Shown in pieces: positions 1 through 7,136 of a stretch of DNA of 13,957 nt. Source of the DNA: Sulfurovum sp. (GTDB lineage Bacteria > Campylobacterota > Campylobacteria > Campylobacterales > Sulfurovaceae); contig NVVN01000002.1 in assembly GCA_002733355.1 (NCBI GenBank), positions 22,433 to 36,389 of the forward strand. Reading direction: 5' to 3'. Made by a program: the position numbers and the translations under genes. Position 1 is the stretch's first letter; the number at the start of each line of letters is the position of its first letter. A model generated the notes under the pieces. That model was not told the DNA's origin and made no database searches. It saw only the letters and a list, made by a program, of their open reading frames with translations.

Positions 1-460
1 ATCAGATTCAATAATACGAGCTAAACTCTTTGAGTTTTTTAAAATAAAAAAATGTAAATTAACTTCAGTTATTCATCATAGTTGTTTTATATCTAAGACA
101 TCTACAATATCAGAAGGTGCCATTCTATGTCCATATGTTACTATTACCTCAAATGCAATAATAGGAAAAGGGTTCCAAGCAAACATTTATAGTTATGTGG
201 CACATGACTGTATAATAGGTGATTTTGTGACATTTGCCCCAGGGGTTAAATGTAATGGTAATGTAGAAATTGGTGATCATGCATATATTGGTACTGGTGT
301 CATAATCAAACAAGGGAAAAATACCAAACCTTTGAAAATTGGAAAAAATGTAATAATAGGAGCTGGTGCCGTAGTAACAAAAAATGTACCAGAGGGAATG
401 ACTGTATTTGGAAACCCAGCAATAGAACTGACAAAAGAAAATTTTAAGAGGCGAAGTTAA
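1..460 (+). CDS. NeuD/PglD-family left-handed beta-helix sugar N/O-acyltransferase, 5'-truncated by the window edge
   Basis: The frame of the listed 197..460 ORF is open back to base 2 (SDSIIRAKLFEFFKIKKCKLTSVIHHSCFISKTSTISEGAILCPYVTITSNAIIGKGFQANIYSYVAHDCIIGDF...), so GTG at 197 is internal. It has hexapeptide repeats, the VAHDC catalytic His motif and the C-terminal IGAGAVVTKNVP..TVFGNPA typical of NeuD/PglD. Confidence 0.85.
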   Translation, partial: SDSIIRAKLFEFFKIKKCKLTSVIHHSCFISKTSTISEGAILCPYVTITSNAIIGKGFQANIYSYVAHDCIIGDFVTFAPGVKCNGNVEIGDHAYIGTGVIIKQGKNTKPLKIGKNVIIGAGAVVTKNVPEGMTVFGNPAIELTKENFKRRS

Positions 461-462
461 CC

Positions 463-891
463 ATGAATACTCCATTAGTTTTTAATACAATTCCATTAGA
501 AGAAATAGCTGTGGGAATGAGTGTTAGTTATTCCCAAACTATAACAGATACCGACATAAAAGCATTTGCAGGAATCTCAGGAGATAGAAACCCTGTTCAT
601 TTGGATGAGATATATGCTGAACATTCTCGATACAAAAAGAGAATAGCCCACGGGTTGATGACTGCATCATTTTTTTCTGCTTTATTTGGAACAAAACTTC
701 CGGGAGAAGGTTGTGTTTATGTCTCACAATCTCTCAACTTTAAAAGACCTGTTTATATTGGAGACACAGTAAGTGCTACAGTGGAAGTCACTAAGGTTGA
801 CATCAGTAAAAAAAGAGTTTTTTTTAAAACTATATGTAAAGTAAAAAATAAAATTGTCACCGATGGTGTAGCAGAATTATTTGTACCATAA
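463..891 (+). CDS. MaoC/PhaJ-like hot-dog-fold (R)-specific enoyl-CoA hydratase/dehydratase
   Basis: 142 aa. Contains the hydratase-2 motif FAGISGDRNPVHLD (D41-x4-H46), RIAHGLM, LPGEG, and QSLNFKRPVYIGDTV. Confidence 0.88.
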   Translation: MNTPLVFNTIPLEEIAVGMSVSYSQTITDTDIKAFAGISGDRNPVHLDEIYAEHSRYKKRIAHGLMTASFFSALFGTKLPGEGCVYVSQSLNFKRPVYIGDTVSATVEVTKVDISKKRVFFKTICKVKNKIVTDGVAELFVP

Positions 892-897
892 AAGGAT
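892..897 (+). promoter_or_regulatory. Probable ribosome-binding site for neuB
   Basis: AAGGAT lies in the 15-nt spacer before the ATG at 907. Confidence 0.45.
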
Positions 898-906
898 CTA
901 TAAAAG

Positions 907-1908
907 ATGAAAAACAATATTTTCATTATCGCTGAAGCAGGTGTAAATCATAATGGCGACATAAAAAAGGCAAAGAAGTTAATTGATATCGCATCTAAAT
1001 CTGGTGTCGATGCAGTAAAGTTTCAAACATTCAAAACAGAATTATGTATCTCTAAAAATGCTGAAAAAGCCAATTATCAAAAAGAAACAACAGGTAGTAA
1101 TGAAACTCAATTTGATATGGTAAAAAAACTAGAGTTGTCATATCATGATTTTAGAGCATTAAGTGAATATTGTAAAACAAAAAATATAGTTTTTTTATCA
1201 ACTCCTTTTGATTTTCCTAGTATAGAGTTTTTAAATAGCTTAGGTATGGAAATATTTAAAGTCCCTAGTGGAGAGATTACAAACCTTCCTTACTTAAGAC
1301 ATATTGGAAAACTCGGTAAAAAAGTGATCCTCTCTACTGGTATGGCAGATATTGGTGAGATAGAAGATGCCCTTGATATTTTGATCGATGCGGGAACGAG
1401 AAAAGACAACATTACTATTTTACACGCAAATACCATGTACCCTACTCCCATGGAAGATGTAAATCTAAAAGCCATGGTCACCATAGGTAATACTTTTGAC
1501 ATTCCATTTGGCTATAGTGACCATACATTAGGCATAGAAGTTGATATTGCTGCAGTTGCTATGGGTGCAGTGTGCATAGAAAAACATTTTACTCTCGACA
1601 AAACAATGGAAGGTCCAGATCATAAAGCCTCACTTGAACCTGATGAGCTAAAAGCGATGGTTAAAGCCATAAGAAACATTGAACTAGCACTTGGGTCAAG
1701 TGTTAAAAAACCAAGTAATAGCGAAAGACCAAATATGGCTATAGCGAGGAAATCTATTGTGGCAGCAAAATCCATCAAAAAAGGTGATATTTTAACGGAA
1801 GAGAATCTATCTATTAAAAGACCGGGTAATGGTATAAGTCCTATGCGATGGGATAAAATTTTGGGAACAGTAGCTCAAAAAGATTATGATGAAGATGCGT
1901 TAATATGA
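907..1908 (+). CDS. neuB: Nonulosonic acid synthase (NeuB family; N,N'-diacyllegionaminic acid synthase LegI/PtmC-like)
   Basis: Motifs IIAEAGVNHNG, AVKFQTF, STPFD, KVPSGEITN, LSTGM, GYSDHTLG, IEKHFTLD, GPDHKASL, and a C-terminal SAF/antifreeze-like domain (RKSIVA...KRPGNGISP). Leg specificity is inferred from neighbouring genes. Confidence 0.95.
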   Translation: MKNNIFIIAEAGVNHNGDIKKAKKLIDIASKSGVDAVKFQTFKTELCISKNAEKANYQKETTGSNETQFDMVKKLELSYHDFRALSEYCKTKNIVFLSTPFDFPSIEFLNSLGMEIFKVPSGEITNLPYLRHIGKLGKKVILSTGMADIGEIEDALDILIDAGTRKDNITILHANTMYPTPMEDVNLKAMVTIGNTFDIPFGYSDHTLGIEVDIAAVAMGAVCIEKHFTLDKTMEGPDHKASLEPDELKAMVKAIRNIELALGSSVKKPSNSERPNMAIARKSIVAAKSIKKGDILTEENLSIKRPGNGISPMRWDKILGTVAQKDYDEDALI

Positions 1909-3065
1909 AACGTAAAATCTGTGTAGTAACTGGCACACGGGCAGAGTATGGGCTACTTTACTGGCTTATGAAAGAGATAGAGTCTGATAGTGATTTAGAC
2001 CTTCAACTCATAGTTACAGGTATGCATTTGTCTCCTGAATTTGGATTAACCTATCAAGAGATAGAAAAAGACTTTAACATAAATAGAAAAATAGAGATGT
2101 TACTTTCTTCAGATACACCCATAGGCATCTCCAAATCAATGGGACTAGCTCAAATCTCTTTTTCAGAAGCTTATGAGGACTTACAACCAGATATAGTTGT
2201 AGTATTGGGAGATAGATATGAGATCTTTTCTGCTGTCAGTGCTGCGATGATAGCTCGTATCCCTATTGCCCATCTTCATGGGGGCGAGACTACAGAAGGT
2301 GCTTTTGATGAAGCAATAAGACACAGCATAAGTAAAATGAGTCACTTACATTTTACTGCGGCACAAGCGTATAGAAAAAGAGTAATCCAGCTTGGCGAAG
2401 ATCCAGCCAGAGTTTTTGATGTAGGTGGTCTGGGTATTGAAAATATAAAAAGGTTAAAACTTTTAAATAAAGAGGAATTTGAAAAATCTATTGAATTCAA
2501 GCTAAATAAAAAAAATATATTAGTCACCTTTCATCCTGTTACGTTGGAAAGTTCTACTGCAAAAGATCAGTTTCAAGACCTGTTAGATGCCATTGATTCT
2601 CTTGAAAATACAAACATTGTTTTTACAAAAGCAAACAGTGACACAGATGGAAGAATCATAAACAGCATGATAGACGAATATGTCTCTAACCATACTCATA
2701 AGGCCGTAGGTTTCACATCGTTAGGACAATTACGCTACCTGAGTGCTCTGCAATATGTAGATGCTGTGGTTGGCAATAGTTCAAGTGGATTGGCTGAAGC
2801 TCCATCATTTAAAATAGGCACTATCAATATAGGTGATAGGCAAAAAGGCAGGATCATGGCAGAGAGTGTTATAAATTGTGATGACAATAAAAAGTCTATA
2901 CTGGATGCTTTTAAATACTTATACAGTAATGAGTTTAAAGAGTTATTACAAAATACAAAAAACCCTTATGGCGATGGTGTAGCAAGTCAAAAAATTTTAG
3001 ATATTATTAAGAGTGTTGACTTAAATAATATTTTAAAAAAATCTTTTTATGATTTAAAGGTCTAA
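1905..3065 (+). CDS. neuC: Hydrolysing NDP-sugar 2-epimerase (NeuC family; GDP/UDP-N,N'-diacylbacillosamine 2-epimerase LegG/PtmD-like)
   Basis: Motifs VTGTRAEYG, VTGMHLSPEFG, LGDRYE, HLHGGE, DEAIRHSISKMSHLHF, VGNSSSG, NIGDRQKGR, NPYGDG. ATGA overlap with neuB. Confidence 0.95.
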   Translation: MKRKICVVTGTRAEYGLLYWLMKEIESDSDLDLQLIVTGMHLSPEFGLTYQEIEKDFNINRKIEMLLSSDTPIGISKSMGLAQISFSEAYEDLQPDIVVVLGDRYEIFSAVSAAMIARIPIAHLHGGETTEGAFDEAIRHSISKMSHLHFTAAQAYRKRVIQLGEDPARVFDVGGLGIENIKRLKLLNKEEFEKSIEFKLNKKNILVTFHPVTLESSTAKDQFQDLLDAIDSLENTNIVFTKANSDTDGRIINSMIDEYVSNHTHKAVGFTSLGQLRYLSALQYVDAVVGNSSSGLAEAPSFKIGTINIGDRQKGRIMAESVINCDDNKKSILDAFKYLYSNEFKELLQNTKNPYGDGVASQKILDIIKSVDLNNILKKSFYDLKV

Positions 3066-3066
3066 G

Positions 3067-4113
3067 ATGAAAAATATAGAAAAATTGAAGCTTACAGAAA
3101 CATCAACTATTAAAAAAGCTTTACAAATTATCGATATGGGTGCTGTAAAATTTGCAATTGTGGTTGACAAGGATGATACCTTACTTGGTACATTAACTGA
3201 TGGTGACATAAGAAGGGCTTTTTTAGCTGGTATGACGTTAGAAGACACCATAGAAACTATTTACTTTAAAGAACCAACTGTTGTGACAGCCAATCATACA
3301 AAAGAAGAAATTATCAGTATTTGTACTTCTAAAAAAATCTATCAAATCCCTGTTGTAGATGATAAAGGTCGAGTCATAGGGGTAGATATTTTAGACGAAC
3401 TACTAAAACCCGCTATACACCCCAATAAGGTTATTTTGATGGTAGGTGGTCTTGGGACAAGACTCCGTCCTCTTACAGATACTACCCCTAAACCTATGTT
3501 ACATGTAGGAGGAAAACCCATTCTACAAACGATTGTAGAAAAATTTGTCTCTTATGGATTTGTAAATATAATAATGTGTGTGGGCTATAAGTCGAACATC
3601 ATACAAGATTACTTTGAAGACGGTAGTAAATTTGGTGCAAATATAGAATATATTTTAGAAGAAAAACGTATGGGGACAGCAGGTGCCTTAAGTTTGTTAA
3701 ACGAAAATCTTGAAGAATCATTTTTTGTCATGAATGGAGACTTGTTAACAAATGTAAACTTTGAGCACATGTTAGAGTTTCATCTCGATAGTAACGCCAC
3801 TGCAACTATGTGTGTAAGAGAGTATGACTTTCAGGTACCTTATGGTGTTGTTCATATAGACAATGGGAAAATAGCCTCTATAGAAGAGAAACCTGTACAT
3901 AAGTTTTTTGTAAGTGCAGGTATCTATATGCTTAACCCTTCATGTATAGAAGATATACCAAAAGATGAGTTTTACGATATGCCAACCTTATTTGAAAAAC
4001 TTATCGAAATGAATGCAAATACAGTCTCATTCCCATTGAGGGAGTACTGGCTTGATATTGGTAGACTCGAAGAATATGAAAAAGCAAATCAAGAATATCA
4101 TGAGGTCTTTTAA
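3067..4113 (+). CDS. ptmE: CBS-domain-containing sugar-1-phosphate nucleotidyltransferase (PtmE/LgaF-like, probable GlcN(Ac)-1-P guanylyltransferase)
   Basis: N-terminal CBS pair (LLGTLTDGDIRR; QIPVVDDKGRVIG), then NTP-transferase motifs GGLGTRLRPLTDTTPKPML, MGTAGAL, VMNGDLLT, EEKP, YWLDIG. Its position after neuC is typical of Leg clusters. Confidence 0.88.
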   Translation: MKNIEKLKLTETSTIKKALQIIDMGAVKFAIVVDKDDTLLGTLTDGDIRRAFLAGMTLEDTIETIYFKEPTVVTANHTKEEIISICTSKKIYQIPVVDDKGRVIGVDILDELLKPAIHPNKVILMVGGLGTRLRPLTDTTPKPMLHVGGKPILQTIVEKFVSYGFVNIIMCVGYKSNIIQDYFEDGSKFGANIEYILEEKRMGTAGALSLLNENLEESFFVMNGDLLTNVNFEHMLEFHLDSNATATMCVREYDFQVPYGVVHIDNGKIASIEEKPVHKFFVSAGIYMLNPSCIEDIPKDEFYDMPTLFEKLIEMNANTVSFPLREYWLDIGRLEEYEKANQEYHEVF

Positions 4114-5025
4114 GTGAAAGTATTACTTATTGGTTATGGCTCTATTGGGAAAAGACACTTTGAAGTCCTTCATACCCTTTCTACTATTACTTCAGTAGAT
4201 GTCATAAGTAAACAAAAATTACAAAAAAATTCTTGTTATCCAAGCTTAGGGGAAATTAAAGACTTAAATATTTATGACTATTTTATCATTGCAAGTGAAA
4301 CAGTCAAACATTTTGAACAGTTAAAATATATCTGTTCAAAAGTAGAAAATAAAAAAATACTCGTAGAAAAACCTCTTTATGATAAAGTATATGAACATAT
4401 AGAGACTACAAATAAGATATTTACAGCCTATAATTTACGTTTTCATCCTGTAATGGCAGAATTAACAGAGTTATTGAAAGATGAAGACATCTACTATGCA
4501 AATATTATTTGTGGTCAATACTTGCCTACATGGAGACCAGAACAGGATTATAGAAATTCATATAGTGCGGACATTAAAAAAGGCGGGGGAGTACTAAGAG
4601 ATCTTAGTCATGAATTAGATTATATAACCTGGCTTTTTGGCAATATTAAAAAATTTGATGCCATCAATACGAAAATTAGTGACCTTGATATAAATTCTGA
4701 TGATATCTTTACTGCCGTTGGTGTTAGCAATCGTAATATTATTATCAATGTCAGTATGGATTATATTAGTAAAACTCCCATGAGAAGACTCATCATCCAC
4801 ACTAAGACACATACCATAGAAGCAGATATGATCAAAAATACTATAACTATAGGTGCTGCAAATGCAAATAGTCAGACTATCGAATGTCAAAGCATAGATA
4901 GGAACTATACCTATACTAAAATGCACGAGGCAATACTTAATGGCTCAGATGACAATGTCTGCAGTTATACTGAGGGCTTTAACATTGTAAATATCATTGA
5001 AAATATAGACTATAAGGAATTATAA
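4114..5025 (+). CDS. ptmF: Gfo/Idh/MocA-family NAD(P)-dependent oxidoreductase (PtmF/ElaA-like)
   Basis: GTG start abuts the previous stop. Rossmann motif IGYGSIGKRH, LVEKP, YNLRFHP, and GGGVLRDLSHELDY. Confidence 0.85.
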   Translation: MKVLLIGYGSIGKRHFEVLHTLSTITSVDVISKQKLQKNSCYPSLGEIKDLNIYDYFIIASETVKHFEQLKYICSKVENKKILVEKPLYDKVYEHIETTNKIFTAYNLRFHPVMAELTELLKDEDIYYANIICGQYLPTWRPEQDYRNSYSADIKKGGGVLRDLSHELDYITWLFGNIKKFDAINTKISDLDINSDDIFTAVGVSNRNIIINVSMDYISKTPMRRLIIHTKTHTIEADMIKNTITIGAANANSQTIECQSIDRNYTYTKMHEAILNGSDDNVCSYTEGFNIVNIIENIDYKEL

Positions 5026-5736
5026 ATGAAAGACTATAAAGTATTATGTACCATCTGTGCAAGAGGTGGTTCTAAAGGTGTTAAAAATAAAAACATTAAA
5101 TCTATCAAGGGTAAACCTCTTATTGCCTACACTATAGAACAAGCAAAAGAAAGTGGCTTGTTTGAGCATATTGTCATCAGTACAGATTCTGATGATATTG
5201 CTACCATTGCACAAGAATATGGAGCAGAAGTCTTTTTTAAGAGATCTGCTGAGATGGCAAGTGATACAGCTGGTAAACTTGATGTGATTAGAGATGCGTT
5301 TGAAAGAAGTGAAAAATATTATAATGAAAAGTATGATTATCTTGTCGATTTAGATGCTACCGCTCCATTAAGATCTGTTGAAGATATAACACAATCATTT
5401 GAACAATTTTTGAAAAATGATAATGATAACCTTATTACTGCTATGCCAAGTAGAAGAAGTCCTTACTTTAATTTGGTTGAAGTTGATAAAAAAGGGAAGG
5501 TTTATTTATCAAAAACTCTAGATAGCTCGATTGTTAGAAGACAGGATGCCCCTAAAAGTTATGATATGAATGCTTCTATTTATATATGGAAAAGAGATAT
5601 AATACTCAATCAAAGTGCTATCTTTTTACCAAACACTGGTCTACATGTAATGCCCGAAGAGAGGTCAATTGATATTGACAGCGAATTAGACTATAAATTT
5701 GTAGAATTTTTGATGAAGGAAAATGATGTTAAGTAA
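5026..5736 (+). CDS. neuA: Acylneuraminate/CMP-legionaminic acid cytidylyltransferase (NeuA family; LegF/PtmB-like)
   Basis: Motifs ICARGGSKGVKNKN, GKPLIAYTI, ISTDS, DATAPLR, RRQDAP, NASIYIW, SIDIDSELD. Confidence 0.93.
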   Translation: MKDYKVLCTICARGGSKGVKNKNIKSIKGKPLIAYTIEQAKESGLFEHIVISTDSDDIATIAQEYGAEVFFKRSAEMASDTAGKLDVIRDAFERSEKYYNEKYDYLVDLDATAPLRSVEDITQSFEQFLKNDNDNLITAMPSRRSPYFNLVEVDKKGKVYLSKTLDSSIVRRQDAPKSYDMNASIYIWKRDIILNQSAIFLPNTGLHVMPEERSIDIDSELDYKFVEFLMKENDVK

Positions 5737-6496
5737 TCAAGTAGTTGTCATAACCGGTGGTGCAGGTCTTATAGGTCAAGAGTTTGTTAAAGCAGTAGTC
5801 GAACAGAATGGCATAGCCATTATTGCAGATATTAATGAAGAAGATGGGCAACAAGCCAAAGAGTTTTTATCAAAAGAGTTACATACGGAAAATATTGATT
5901 TTATACAATTAGATATTACCTCAAAAAAATCTTTAATAACCTGTATAAATGAACTAGAAGATAAATATCAAAAAATCGATGCTCTCGTAAACAACGCCTA
6001 CCCAAGAACAAAAAATTATGGACGACATTTTTTTGATGTAGAATATGAAGATTTTTGTCAAATAGTTGATTTAAACTTGGGTGGATACTTTATTACATCT
6101 CAACAGTTTGCCAAATTTTTTCAAAAACAAGGATATGGAAATATCATCAATATTTCTTCCATATATGGAGTTGTTGCACCTCGTTTTGACATATATAAAG
6201 ATACTAAAATGACAACACCCATTGAATATGCTGCTATTAAATCTGCACTGATTCACATGACCAAATATATGGCAAAATATTTTAAAGGTATGAATATAAA
6301 AGTAAACACCTTAAGCCCTGGTGGAATTTTTGATTCTCAACCAGAATCTTTTTTAAATGCTTATAAGGAAAAATGTACAAATAAGGGGATGCTTGACAAG
6401 GCTGACTTAAAAGGTACTTTAGTCTATCTACTTAGTGATATGAGTCAATATGTAAATGGACAGAATATTATAGTTGATGATGGCTTTAGCCTATAA
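5726..6496 (+). CDS. ptmA: Short-chain dehydrogenase/reductase (PtmA/ElaC-like; often labelled flagellin modification protein A)
   Basis: TGGAGLIG, LVNNAYP, NISSIYG, catalytic YAAIK (Tyr codon at 6227), VNTLSPGG, GQNIIVDDG. There are two adjacent ATGs (5723, 5726). AAGGA at 5716-5720 is better spaced for 5726. Confidence 0.87.
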   Translation: MLSNQVVVITGGAGLIGQEFVKAVVEQNGIAIIADINEEDGQQAKEFLSKELHTENIDFIQLDITSKKSLITCINELEDKYQKIDALVNNAYPRTKNYGRHFFDVEYEDFCQIVDLNLGGYFITSQQFAKFFQKQGYGNIINISSIYGVVAPRFDIYKDTKMTTPIEYAAIKSALIHMTKYMAKYFKGMNIKVNTLSPGGIFDSQPESFLNAYKEKCTNKGMLDKADLKGTLVYLLSDMSQYVNGQNIIVDDGFSL

Positions 6497-6517
6497 AGCA
6501 AAGATAAAGACTAATAA

Positions 6518-7135
6518 ATGAAAATAAAATATTATTTATCAAAATTGATAAAATATATCCATATACCTGCCATAAAAAACTCACCAATTCACTGTACATC
6601 AAGAATTGCACCAAACTCTAACATTATAGATACAGTGATACGTAAATATAGTTATGTTGGTAATAATTGTACAGTAATTGATACGGAAATAGGCAATTTT
6701 TGTTCTATTGCAGATAATGTAATCATTGGAGGAGCAGCACATCCAATTGAATGGGTTTCTACATCTCCTGTTTTCCATAAGGGGAAGAATATCTTAAAAA
6801 AGAATTTTTCTGAACATCCCTTTAAACTAACAGATACTACCATCATTCAAAATGATGTTTGGATTGGAACTAACTGCTTAATCAAAAGTGGAGTAAGCAT
6901 AGCAAATGGTGCTGTCATTGGCATGGGTTCCGTACTCACAAAAAATGTAGGTTCTTATGAAATATGGGCAGGGAATCCTGCAAAAATGATTAGAAAAAGA
7001 TTTGATGACAAGACAATCAAAATACTTTTAAAGAGTAAATGGTGGAACAGTTCAGAGGATAAATTAACAAGGTTGGCATCAGAAATGTATAATATGGAAA
7101 AATTTATTGATTCTTTAAATAAAAGTGAGGCGTAA
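6518..7135 (+). CDS. CatB/Vat (xenobiotic acyltransferase)-related hexapeptide O-acetyltransferase, probably acting on the sugar or polysaccharide
   Basis: IGNFCSIA, HPIEWVSTSP, NDVWIG, GAVIGMGSVLTKNV, WAGNPAKMIRKRF, and the LLKSKWWN helical tail of the XAT fold. Function is inferred from context. Confidence 0.82.
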   Translation: MKIKYYLSKLIKYIHIPAIKNSPIHCTSRIAPNSNIIDTVIRKYSYVGNNCTVIDTEIGNFCSIADNVIIGGAAHPIEWVSTSPVFHKGKNILKKNFSEHPFKLTDTTIIQNDVWIGTNCLIKSGVSIANGAVIGMGSVLTKNVGSYEIWAGNPAKMIRKRFDDKTIKILLKSKWWNSSEDKLTRLASEMYNMEKFIDSLNKSEA

Positions 7136-7136
7136 T

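Noticed and set aside
197..460. 87-aa ORF as a complete small protein
   Set aside because: The frame is open to the window start, so it is the C-terminal part of a longer acyltransferase.
808..825. A7 and T8 homopolymers in the maoC gene (also A8 at 2508-2515 in neuC and A7/T7 near the wzy 5' end) as phase-variation tracts
   Set aside because: Runs of this length are common in such AT-rich DNA, all frames are intact, and I saw no long poly-G/C tract of the Campylobacter contingency type.
888..906. ATAAAAG direct repeat (888-894, 900-906) as a target-site duplication or scar
   Set aside because: It is a short A-rich word expected by chance, with no associated mobile element.
907..5736. Sialic acid (Neu5Ac) or pseudaminic acid pathway call for neuB/neuC/neuA
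   Set aside because: A hydrolysing 2-epimerase together with a CBS-nucleotidyltransferase and PtmF/PtmA-like genes fits the legionaminic route. No PseG/PseH-like genes are present. A final call needs the upstream genes and a phylogeny.
6518..7135. Bona fide catB/vat antibiotic resistance gene
   Set aside because: There is no attC, integron or IS context, and it is embedded in a glycan operon. Fold similarity alone is insufficient.
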